DNA of 64,000 nucleotides, taken from NCBI GenBank assembly GCA_934167095.1, contig CAKPKE010000003.1, positions 5,533 through 69,532 on the forward strand, in the 5' to 3' direction. This document shows, piece by piece, positions 1-8,279 of this stretch (the first letter of the stretch is position 1; each line of letters begins with the position of its first letter). A model generated the notes under the pieces. That model was not told the origin of the DNA and did not search any database. It was given only the letters and a program-made list of their open reading frames with translations. The translations under genes and the position numbers were made by a program. This stretch comes from an uncultured Clostridia bacterium. GTDB taxonomy: Bacteria > Bacillota > Clostridia > TANB77 > CAG-508.

Positions 1-455
1 AATTAGCAAATGAATTAAAAGACGCAAAAGTAGTTCTTTTAGCTGATTACAGAGGAATAAATGTTGCTGATGTAACAAGCTTAAGAGCTGAACTTAGAAA
101 AGTTAATGCAGAATACAAAGTTATAAAAAATAACATAGTAAAAAGAGCATTAGATGCAAATGGAGAATCTGAACTAGACGAAGCTCTAGAAGGACCAGTT
201 GCAATAGTTATAGGAAAAGAAGATTACCTAGAACCATCAAAAGTAATATATAACTTTACAAAAACACATGATTTCTACAAAATTAAAGGTGGAATAATTG
301 AAGGTAAAGTTATGACTGCAGAAGAAATAATAACACTTGCAAAACTACCATCAAGACAAGAATTACTTGCAAAACTTGCTGGAGCTTTACTTGGAAATAT
401 TACAAAACTTGCAGTTGCATTAGATAAGGTTAGAGAGCAAAAAGAAAACGCTTAA
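1..455 (+). CDS. rplJ: 50S ribosomal protein L10, 3' part (5' end cut by the window edge)
   Basis: Translation in the frame starting at nt 3 gives ...LANELKDAKVVLLADYRGINVADVTSLRAELRKVNAEYKVIKNNIVKRAL...KLAVALDKVREQKENA*, typical of the L10 C-terminus. Stop codon at 453-455. rplL follows directly. Confidence 0.85.
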   Translation, partial: LANELKDAKVVLLADYRGINVADVTSLRAELRKVNAEYKVIKNNIVKRALDANGESELDEALEGPVAIVIGKEDYLEPSKVIYNFTKTHDFYKIKGGIIEGKVMTAEEIITLAKLPSRQELLAKLAGALLGNITKLAVALDKVREQKENA

Positions 456-671
456 AATTAATAATAAACTGCGTCTAACTTCGTTAACCGGCATCTAAAA
501 ATATCCTCAATGTACACCATGTACATTTCCGGTATTTTTGATTTGGTTACCTTGTTATACTTGTTTCTAATTAATTTTTATATAAACCTAAAAAATTAAA
601 ATTCACATTGCCGTGAAAATAAGAACGAAAAGTTCAAAATATAAAATAAAAATATAAGGAGGAAATTTAAA

Positions 672-1037
672 ATGGCAAAAATAGATGAATTATTAGAAAG
701 CATAAATGCTTTATCAGTAGCAGAACTTGCTGAATTAGTAAAAGGAATTGAAGAAAAATACGGAGTATCTGCAGCAGCAGTTGCAGCACCAGTAGCTGGA
801 GCAGGAGCTGTAGCAGCTGAAGAAAAAACTTCTTTCAACGTAGTATTAAAAGAAGCTGGAGCTAACAAAATCCAAGTAATCAAAGTTGTAAGAGATGCAA
901 CAGGATTAGGATTAAAAGAAGCTAAAGATTTAGTAGATGGAGCACCAAAAACAGTTAAAGAAAACGTTTCTAAAGACGAAGCTGAAGAATTAAAGAACAA
1001 ATTCACAGCTGTTGGAGCAGTTATCGAATTACAATAA
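672..1037 (+). CDS. rplL: 50S ribosomal protein L7/L12
   Basis: 121 aa: [32 protein letters not shown]...Ala-rich hinge...[51 protein letters not shown] upstream. Confidence 0.95.
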   Translation: MAKIDELLESINALSVAELAELVKGIEEKYGVSAAAVAAPVAGAGAVAAEEKTSFNVVLKEAGANKIQVIKVVRDATGLGLKEAKDLVDGAPKTVKENVSKDEAEELKNKFTAVGAVIELQ

Positions 1038-1054
1038 TTTAAAATATAAAAAAT

Positions 1055-1087
1055 AATGCAGGAGTTAAATCTTGCATTATTTTTTTG
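1055..1087 (+). terminator. intrinsic terminator after rplL
   Basis: Hairpin aatgcagg...cttgcatt followed by a T-run. Confidence 0.6.
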
Positions 1088-1170
1088 CTAAAAATTGGTA
1101 CGGTATTAGAGAATTTAGATTGACTTTTTTTATCTCATGGAATAAAATTGTGGTAAGAAAGGGGGAACAA

Positions 1171-3114
1171 ATGAAAATAAAAAAAGTACTAATATGTTTA
1201 GTTATTTGCATAGCATATTTTATTATTTGTGGTAATTGTCAAACTCAGGCTGCAAGTAATGTCAACTACTTTTATGGTGAAATAATTCAGCTTGAAAATA
1301 GTGAAAATACACAATTGCTATTAAATGAAGTAAAAATTGACGCAGAAAACTCAAACATAAAAAATGAGTTCATTATAAAAAATAATAATTCTGAAAAATT
1401 ATTTACTAAAGCTCAAATTAAGCTTGAAGATCCAAATTTAGGTCTTGCAATAAATAATTTATCAATAGTTGTTAATAGTTTTAAAATAAGCAATTATGAA
1501 GTAAATAGTGACGGAATATATAGTTTTTATATTGAAATTCCAGCAGGAGAAGCTAAAAAGATTGAAATAACATATACTACTGAAAATAGTCTAAGAAATG
1601 CAAAAATAATAAAGTATAGTTTAGAAAATTCTAAGTGGAATACAATAAAATGTTTTAAATCAACTATTAGCCTTCCAGAGGAGGATATACCACTAGTAAA
1701 TGGAATATATCCACAATGCTATACTTTTGAAAACAATAGTATAGGTGTAGAGTATTATGACTTTAAAGTAAATGCATTAACTAATAATGTAATTTTAAAG
1801 AAAGATACTTACCAAGACTTATTATATGGTAGAGAGGCAAACTTAACGGAGTATGCATCAAATGCTTTAAAAATAGCAAGAGAATGGATTCGTAATGGAG
1901 TATATATTGATTATAATAAATTTACCAAAAATAGTGAATGGTCAAAGACTCCATATTATCACGAAAATGATTTCTTGGTAGAAAAACTTGGAAAATCTAA
2001 TTATGGAGAGGGCAATGAAGCTGTAAGTTCTGTTATTGATTATGCATTAACTAAACAATATTTAAAAGACAAAACAGGGTATTTTCCAAAAGATTCTGTT
2101 TATTTAATATCGGCTGATAGTAATAGTAAGTCAAATTATTTGCTAACAAATGAGTATATAATGAAAAATGATAGTAAAGATTTTTATTTATATGGTAAAA
2201 CTGTGGCTATTGATTATGTGGAATCAGAAGGTGACAGGGAATTATATGTATACAAAAATACAAATGGTGGCGAAGAAGATGCTATTTGGGAGTATGAAAA
2301 AGTTGCAGAAAGAGATATTTTGAAAACTAGAAATAGGAAAAACTGGTATGTAAACTCTGACTTTGGGCAAAGATATGTATATGTAGGCTCTGGAATTGAT
2401 GGGGAACAACTAGATGTAACAGAAGAAGAAAAAATTGAATATGTCAATATGATAAACACTGATCTATATATCAGAATGGTAATCTATGATGGAATGGTAA
2501 TGATACAACATTCATATCAAGTAAGAGGTAGCGATGGACAAATAGAAACTTTTGAACTAATGGCTCCATCTGTAATTGGATATTACAAAAATGCCGATAG
2601 AGAAATTGCAGAAAAATATTTAGCTTTAAAGAGTGAAACTGGTGAATATTATAATATAGGTGAGAAATATTCAAAAACAATAAAAAAGTTTCCAAATGAA
2701 TACATAGAGAACAACGAAAAAGTCCCAACAGTTGCTCATAGCGTAGGATTTAGAACTCAAAAAGATGGAAAATATGTAATTGAGTTTGGACAATTTGGAT
2801 ATTCTAATGGATTAGGAAATATTGAAGATGCAATAAAAACAACTCAAGCACAAAAATTAATTAAAGAAAATCAAGCAAGAAATGCTGAAATAAAAAATAA
2901 TGCATTAGAAGAAATAAATAATGCGGTTATAACAGAAGATACAAAAGAGGCAATGCCAGAAGTTAAGGAAAATGTAGAAGAAATTAGTAAAGAAAATAAA
3001 TTTTTTGTAGAAGAATATAAAAACTATATTGTACTAGGCTCGTTAGCTATAGTTGCTATTGTTTGTATAGTGCTAATGATTGTATTTAGCATAAAAAATA
3101 AAAGAAAAAAATAA
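1171..3114 (+). CDS. hypothetical secreted/membrane-anchored protein (N-terminal signal peptide, C-terminal TM anchor plus KNKRKK tail)
   Basis: ORF 1072-3114. Likely start at MKIKKVLICLVICIAYFI (RBS GGGGGAAC). No recognisable catalytic motif. Asn/Lys-rich. Confidence 0.6.
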   Translation: MKIKKVLICLVICIAYFIICGNCQTQAASNVNYFYGEIIQLENSENTQLLLNEVKIDAENSNIKNEFIIKNNNSEKLFTKAQIKLEDPNLGLAINNLSIVVNSFKISNYEVNSDGIYSFYIEIPAGEAKKIEITYTTENSLRNAKIIKYSLENSKWNTIKCFKSTISLPEEDIPLVNGIYPQCYTFENNSIGVEYYDFKVNALTNNVILKKDTYQDLLYGREANLTEYASNALKIAREWIRNGVYIDYNKFTKNSEWSKTPYYHENDFLVEKLGKSNYGEGNEAVSSVIDYALTKQYLKDKTGYFPKDSVYLISADSNSKSNYLLTNEYIMKNDSKDFYLYGKTVAIDYVESEGDRELYVYKNTNGGEEDAIWEYEKVAERDILKTRNRKNWYVNSDFGQRYVYVGSGIDGEQLDVTEEEKIEYVNMINTDLYIRMVIYDGMVMIQHSYQVRGSDGQIETFELMAPSVIGYYKNADREIAEKYLALKSETGEYYNIGEKYSKTIKKFPNEYIENNEKVPTVAHSVGFRTQKDGKYVIEFGQFGYSNGLGNIEDAIKTTQAQKLIKENQARNAEIKNNALEEINNAVITEDTKEAMPEVKENVEEISKENKFFVEEYKNYIVLGSLAIVAIVCIVLMIVFSIKNKRKK

Positions 3115-3161
3115 TTTTAAATTGCTGAGTGCACATGGTGCTCAAAAGAAGTGAGGTTAAA

Positions 3162-4145
3162 ATGGAAGAAAAGAAAAAGTCTAATGTAGGCATAATAATT
3201 ACTGCAATAATACTAATTTTAGTAATTGTATGCGGAATTTTATATTATGTATTTGCTGTAAAAGGTGACAAAAACGAAACAAATAATAATGAAGAAACAA
3301 ATCAAAATACAGTAGTAGAAGATACAGAAAAATTATCAATGACACTAGAAGAATTCCCAAAAGTAGATGGAGCAACAGCAATGTTACCAATGATTGGAGA
3401 AATTACAAAGTCTGTACTTGGTTATTCAGATGAAGAGGCACAAGCTTATTTAAATGAAAATACTCATGGAAAAACAGCAAAAGTTTATGCAGGATTAATT
3501 AATAAAGAAACAGATTTGATATTTGTATCTGAACCATCTGATGCTATATTAAAATCTGCAAAAGAAAATAATGTTGAATTTGAAATGTATGGAATTGGAT
3601 TAGATGGATTTGTATTTTTAGTAAATAAAGAAAATTCAGTAAATTCATTAACAATTGAGCAAATTCAAAAAATCTACACAGGAGAAATAACAAACTGGAG
3701 TGAAGTTGGTGGAAATAATAGTGAAATAATTGCATATCAAAGAGAAGCAAACTCTGGAAGCCAAAACCTAATGGAAAAAATGGTTATGAAGGGAATAAAA
3801 ATGCAAGAACCAAAGAATACAAACTTGAGAATCGAGTCAATGTTTGGATTAATTGATGGAATTTCATCTTATGCTAATAGTAAGGATGCTTTAGGATATT
3901 CAATATATTTATATGCAAAGGAACAATATGTACAAGATAATGTTAAATTCCTAGCAATAAATGGAGTAGAGGCAACAGATGAAAATATAGCAAATAGAAG
4001 CTATCCACTTACAAAAGTTGTTTATGCAATATGCAGAAAAGACGAACCAGAAAATAGTAATGCAAGAAAATTAATAAATTGGTTAAAAACAAAAGATGGA
4101 CAAAAAGCAGTTCAAGCTGGCGGATATGTTCCATTACAAGACTAA
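3162..4145 (+). CDS. PstS-like phosphate-binding (periplasmic binding protein fold) lipoprotein/anchored protein, orphan
   Basis: N-terminal TM IIITAIILILVIVCGILYYVF, then DGATAMLPM...TYTGEITNWSEVGG...ANSGSQ, typical of PstS/PBP family. No pstCAB genes nearby. Confidence 0.7.
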   Translation: MEEKKKSNVGIIITAIILILVIVCGILYYVFAVKGDKNETNNNEETNQNTVVEDTEKLSMTLEEFPKVDGATAMLPMIGEITKSVLGYSDEEAQAYLNENTHGKTAKVYAGLINKETDLIFVSEPSDAILKSAKENNVEFEMYGIGLDGFVFLVNKENSVNSLTIEQIQKIYTGEITNWSEVGGNNSEIIAYQREANSGSQNLMEKMVMKGIKMQEPKNTNLRIESMFGLIDGISSYANSKDALGYSIYLYAKEQYVQDNVKFLAINGVEATDENIANRSYPLTKVVYAICRKDEPENSNARKLINWLKTKDGQKAVQAGGYVPLQD

Positions 4146-4188
4146 AATAAAAAATAATCTAGAGCCAAAAGCTTTAGATTATTTTTTA

Positions 4189-5217
4189 CTATTTATTATC
4201 AGACATTTTCTCAAATTCTGATGTTAATTTCTCAACTGTTTTATTTTCAACAAATTGTTCGGCCTGTCTTATAGTAAATCTGAATAATTTTTCATCACTA
4301 CTACCATGAGCTTTTACAACTGGTTTTTTTACTCCTAAGAAAAGTGCACCACCATATTCTTTATAATCCATCATTTTCTTAAATCTTTTTAATGCTGGAA
4401 GTGTTGGAATAGAAGCAATAGTTGATAAAACATTTTTCTTTAAACTTTCTGATAAAGAAACCTTTATCATTTTTCCCATACCTTCAACTGTTTTTAAGAA
4501 TATATTTCCTGTAAATCCATCTGCAATAATTGCATCAACTTTGCCAGAAAATGCATCACGACCTTCAACATTTCCGATGAAATTAATTCCAAGTTCTGGT
4601 GATTTTTCTTTTAAAAGGTTGTAACTTTCTCTAACTAATTCATTTCCTTTTGTTTCTTCTGTACCAATGTTTAAAAGGCCTATTGCTGGATTTTCAATCT
4701 TTAGGGCATCTTTTATGTATATGCTAGACATTTGTGCAAATTGAAGCAAATTGATAGGTTTGCAGTTAGTGTTAGAACCGCAGTCCATAAGTACTAATCT
4801 TTTATGGTATGAGGGAAGAATTCCCGCTAAAGCAGGTCTATCAACACCTTTAATTCTACCGACTAATAAAGTTGCACCAGTAAGAAGAGCACCTGAATTT
4901 CCAGCAGAAATAAATACATCGCCTTTACCTTCTTTTAATAAGTTGAAGCCAACAACCATAGAAGAATCCTTTTTGTGTTTTATTGCAAGAGTAGGAGTGT
5001 CTTCCATTTCGATTGTTTCTGTTGCATTATATATTTTTAATCTAGGAGAAATTTCTTCTGGAGATTTACCAAATAATTCTTGAAATCTAGAACGCAAAAT
5101 TTCTTCTTTACCAATTAATAATATTTCAGCTTTAACTTCATTAACAGCTGCAACAGCACCTTTTATATTAGCATCAGGAGCATTATCTCCACCCATAGCA
5201 TCAAGTAAAATAATCAT
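4189..5217 (-). CDS. plsX: phosphate acyltransferase PlsX
   Basis: 342 aa: MIILLDAMGGDNAPDANIKGAVAAVNE...FSGKVDAIIADGFTGNIFLKT... Confidence 0.92.
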   Translation of the reverse strand: MIILLDAMGGDNAPDANIKGAVAAVNEVKAEILLIGKEEILRSRFQELFGKSPEEISPRLKIYNATETIEMEDTPTLAIKHKKDSSMVVGFNLLKEGKGDVFISAGNSGALLTGATLLVGRIKGVDRPALAGILPSYHKRLVLMDCGSNTNCKPINLLQFAQMSSIYIKDALKIENPAIGLLNIGTEETKGNELVRESYNLLKEKSPELGINFIGNVEGRDAFSGKVDAIIADGFTGNIFLKTVEGMGKMIKVSLSESLKKNVLSTIASIPTLPALKRFKKMMDYKEYGGALFLGVKKPVVKAHGSSDEKLFRFTIRQAEQFVENKTVEKLTSEFEKMSDNK

Positions 5218-5440
5218 AATAAAATCTATATGTTGTAGCTAAGGCAACATATCCTTTCATAAATAAAATATATGCTATATTTTATAACTTAAATACATCA
5301 AAGTCAATTATCTACAGAAAAAAATAAAAATAAATTAAAAAACTCTTGAAATTTTAGGGAATATACAGTATAATAATATTACTGTTTTTAATGGTAATAT
5401 TTAAGAATGTTACACATATAATAAAGTATAAATAATTCAT

Positions 5441-5514
5441 GGCGCCATAGCCAAGTGGTAAGGCAGAAGTCTGCAAAACTTTTATCCTCAGTCCGATTCT
5501 GAGTGGCGCCTCCA
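5441..5514 (+). tRNA. tRNA-Cys (GCA)
   Basis: GGCGCCATAGCCAAGTGGTAAGGCAGAAGTCTGCAAAACTTTTATCCTCAGTCCGATTCTGAGTGGCGCCTCCA. Cloverleaf folds. Anticodon loop CTGCAAA. U73 discriminator and encoded CCA. Confidence 0.9.
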
Positions 5515-5521
5515 AAAAGAA

Positions 5522-5560
5522 AGCACGAGCATTAAAAGTATATGTTCGTGTCTTTATTTT
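5522..5560 (+). terminator. intrinsic terminator after tRNA-Cys
   Basis: gcacgagcat...atgttcgtgtc hairpin plus TTTATTTT. Confidence 0.6.
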
Positions 5561-5700
5561 ACTTATTTGTATAAAATTGAAATGTTCGCTTGAAAAAACA
5601 AAATAAATGTAGTATGCTATTATGCATAGGAAATGAGATAAGTAGATTTGTGTTGCCACTTTACTAGATAGTTTAACTATCGGAAAGTGAGGTGGTGTTT

Positions 5701-5814
5701 ATGAGTTTTTTATTATTTTTAATAATAGCCTTAATGGTATCAATAACTATAAACGTAACCTTATTAGCAATAATACATAAACAATATGTTGAATCTGTTA
5801 TAAATAAGGAATAA
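5701..5814 (+). CDS. 37-aa hydrophobic small peptide (type I toxin-like, single TM plus charged tail). Not in the ORF track.
   Basis: ATG preceded by strong SD (GAGGTGG, 7-nt spacer). Peptide MSFLLFLIIALMVSITINVTLLAIIHKQYVESVINKE. 5'UTR hairpin CACTTT/AAAGTG abuts the SD. Followed by a bidirectional terminator. Confidence 0.55.
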   Translation: MSFLLFLIIALMVSITINVTLLAIIHKQYVESVINKE

Positions 5815-5818
5815 AAAT

Positions 5819-5872
5819 AACAACACATTCTGCTTTTTGACCGAAGTGAATGAATGTGTTGTTATGCTTTTT
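5819..5872. terminator. bidirectional intrinsic terminator (12-bp stem aacaacacattc/gaatgtgttgtt) with T-runs on both strands
   Basis: Perfect inverted repeat at 5819-5830 and 5851-5862. A T-run follows on the + strand and an A-run precedes it, giving a U-run for a minus-strand transcript. Confidence 0.7.
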
Positions 5873-5908
5873 AAGTGGTAACCACATCATCTATGGTTTC
5901 TCATTTTC

Positions 5909-5944
5909 TATCTATATTATACACAGATTCTTTTTGAAAGTCAA
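5909..5944 (-). promoter_or_regulatory. orphan near-consensus sigma-A promoter on minus strand (TTGACT-17-TATAAT) pointing at the small-peptide terminator; candidate antisense sRNA promoter
   Basis: The minus strand reads ttgactttcaaaaagaatctgtgtataat. No minus-strand CDS lies downstream. The predicted transcript runs about 5909->5815 and ends at the bidirectional terminator. Confidence 0.45.
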
Positions 5945-5968
5945 ATATCTTTACATAAGGAGAAGAAA

Positions 5969-7126
5969 ATGCTAAAAAAATTATTTATAAAAGACTATAA
6001 AAATGTGGATAATCCACAAGTTCGAAATCAATATGGAACTGTTGCTGGAATTTTTGGAATAGTAACAAATTTAATTTTATTTCTTATAAAATTAGTGATA
6101 GGAATAATTGCAAACAGTGTGACTATTATGGCAGATGCATTTAACAATTTATCAGATTTTGGTTCATGCATTGTAACAATAATTGGTTTTAAACTTGCAA
6201 GCAAACCAGCAGATAAGGAGCACCCATATGGTCATGCAAGATATGAATATGTAACAGGAATAATAGTTTCTCTTTTGATGCTAGTAATGGGAGTAATTTT
6301 TGCAAAAACTTCAATAGAAAAAATATTTGCACCAGAAGAAATTAAATTGGGAATAGAAACATATACAGTATTAATTGTTGCAATTCTTGGCAAAGTACTA
6401 CAAATGGTAGTGTATTTAGATTTTGCAAAATCAATAAAATCATCTACAATAAAAGCAACTGCAATGGATGCAAGAAACGATATTTTAACTACTTTGACAG
6501 TATTAATTACAATGATTGTAATGGGAATATTCAAAATAAATATAGATGCTTATATTGGACTTCTAGTGTCTGTATTTATAATTCTAAGTGCAATAAATTC
6601 ATTAAAGGATACAATAAATCCACTTTTAGGAAATGTCCCATCAAAGGAAAAAGTTGAAAAAATAAAAGAAAAAATATTAAGTCATAAAGAAATAATTGGA
6701 ATTCATGATTTAAGAATTCATAGCTATGGTGAACAAAATGATTTTGTAACTGTTCATGCAGAAGTACCAGATACAATGAATATCGTTGAAGCACACGAAA
6801 TTGCAGATATAGTTGAAAGAGAATTTAAAGAAGAATTAAATATTGATTTAACTATACATATTGATCCTTTAAATGTGAATGATGAGGAAACTAAAAAAAT
6901 AAAAGAGAAAGTAGAAAATGCATTAAAGAACTTTGATAAGGAAATTACTATTCATGATTTTAGAGTAGTAACAGCCAAAGGACATAGCAATGTCATTTTT
7001 GATATAGTAATACCCTATGGAAAAAACTATAATAAATATGAATTGATAGGTGTTTTGGAAGAGGGCTTTAAAGATGAGGACAAAAAATATTATTTTATTT
7101 TTAATATAGATAGACCATTTTGTTAA
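5969..7126 (+). CDS. cation diffusion facilitator family transporter (CzcD/YdfM-like)
   Basis: 385 aa with 6 TM helices, ...HPYGHARYEYV..., and a C-terminal cytoplasmic domain with HD/HAEV motifs typical of CDF transporters. Confidence 0.85.
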   Translation: MLKKLFIKDYKNVDNPQVRNQYGTVAGIFGIVTNLILFLIKLVIGIIANSVTIMADAFNNLSDFGSCIVTIIGFKLASKPADKEHPYGHARYEYVTGIIVSLLMLVMGVIFAKTSIEKIFAPEEIKLGIETYTVLIVAILGKVLQMVVYLDFAKSIKSSTIKATAMDARNDILTTLTVLITMIVMGIFKINIDAYIGLLVSVFIILSAINSLKDTINPLLGNVPSKEKVEKIKEKILSHKEIIGIHDLRIHSYGEQNDFVTVHAEVPDTMNIVEAHEIADIVEREFKEELNIDLTIHIDPLNVNDEETKKIKEKVENALKNFDKEITIHDFRVVTAKGHSNVIFDIVIPYGKNYNKYELIGVLEEGFKDEDKKYYFIFNIDRPFC

Positions 7127-7140
7127 AATAAAATTATTTT

Positions 7141-7187
7141 AAGACTGCTGACAAAGTATAAATACTTTGTCAAACAGTCTTTTTTTA
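7141..7187. terminator. bidirectional terminator between CDF gene and minus-strand hypothetical
   Basis: Long hairpin aagactgctgacaaagtat..atactttgtcaaacagtctt plus T-run. Confidence 0.7.
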
Positions 7188-7724
7188 TCTCATTTTTGTA
7201 ATTTCACTTTTAGAAATATTTCTAGAATTTATATGTAAATTATCTATTGAAATTGCAATGTTTTGAGTATTAATGTATTGTGAAATATCTGAATTTAAGG
7301 TTTCAACAATTTCGTTTTCAAAACCACAGACGCGCTTTCCATGACCTTTTTGATAAGTAATATTATATATTTGTTTTGTTGCTACGTCAATTTTTATATC
7401 TATTCTGCAGGCTTTTGGACTATTTTGAAAAATTTTATAAAATTGTAATATTATTAATCCTGAATTTTCATCTTCTAAGAAATAGTCCATTTGGGTTAAC
7501 TTTATGTCTTTTTCATAATTTTGAGCAATTTTTGTAGTTTCATCTTTTAATTCAGTAAGGCTAAAAAGATTAGCGTTTAATGTGTATTTTTCACTAAAGG
7601 TTTTTTCTGTATATGGTGCAAAGTCATCATTTTCTTCAATCATATTCCATATTTTAAATCCTATAAATATATTGAACATTATAAGAAAAATTAAAATGAC
7701 TGTAAAAATAACATTTTTCTTCAT
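7185..7724 (-). CDS. hypothetical membrane-anchored protein
   Basis: 179 aa with N-terminal TM (VIFTVILIFLIMFNIFIGF). RBS GGAGG. No recognised domain. Confidence 0.55.
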   Translation of the reverse strand: MKKNVIFTVILIFLIMFNIFIGFKIWNMIEENDDFAPYTEKTFSEKYTLNANLFSLTELKDETTKIAQNYEKDIKLTQMDYFLEDENSGLIILQFYKIFQNSPKACRIDIKIDVATKQIYNITYQKGHGKRVCGFENEIVETLNSDISQYINTQNIAISIDNLHINSRNISKSEITKMR

Positions 7725-7821
7725 AATAACTTTAACCTCCTAATATCTTATATATTATCAACAAATGGTAAAAAAAGCAATTACACAATGAAAGAAAATA
7801 AGCTGGATATTAATCTTCAAA

Positions 7822-7857
7822 CATAAAAATAAACCCTCAGTAAAATTACTGAGGGTT
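7822..7857 (-). terminator. terminator downstream of tRNA-Gly
   Basis: aaccctcagtaaaattactgagggtt hairpin. U-run on the minus strand. Confidence 0.65.
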
Positions 7858-7863
7858 AAATAT

Positions 7864-7938
7864 TGGAGCGGGAAGCGGGGCTCAAACCCGTGACCTCTGC
7901 CTTGGCAAGGCAGCGCTCTATCAACTGAGCTACTCCCG
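7864..7938 (-). tRNA. tRNA-Gly (GCC)
   Basis: Reverse complement GCGGGAGTAGCTCAGTTGATAGAGCGCTGCCTTGCCAAGGCAGAGGTCACGGGTTTGAGCCCCGCTTCCCGCTCCA. Anticodon loop CTTGCCAA. Confidence 0.9.
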
Positions 7939-8279
7939 CATTTCAAATGCATTAGTATAATACCAAAATATTAGCTACTTGTCAAGTCTTAATTGACTTT
8001 TTTTCAAAAATATAGTATAATATAAAACAGTTGTTGCCATAATTAATGGTAAAGAAGAGATTTTTAATTTATTTTAAGGTTACTATATCAAAGAGCGGAA
8101 ATTAATTATATAGTAAAATAGAATAATACATAAGATAAAATAGAAAAAAATAAAAGCAATTAATATGAAAAATATATATCTATAGTTAGATATATAAATT
8201 TTTCGTGGATTAAAAATTTTTTGTGCAATGGCAAAATAAAACAACAATACATAAAAAGAAGGAGAGATTAAAGAAAAAT

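Noticed and set aside
596-1006. 136-aa ORF antisense to rplL, with similar antisense ORFs throughout the track (e.g. 2214-2459, 3199-3390, 4751-5083, 6232-6534, 8444-8770, 13180-13383, 19650-19898, 23325-24028, 36256-36951, 39643-40074, 44371-44856, 46497-47081, 48552-48845, 57165-58019)
   Set aside because: Shadow ORFs inside well-supported genes on the opposite strand. AT-rich or low-complexity translations, no RBS.
5354-5659. 101-aa minus-strand ORF overlapping tRNA-Cys, and the 64-aa ORF at 7758-7952 overlapping tRNA-Gly
   Set aside because: They overlap bona fide tRNA genes and have no ribosome binding sites. Spurious.
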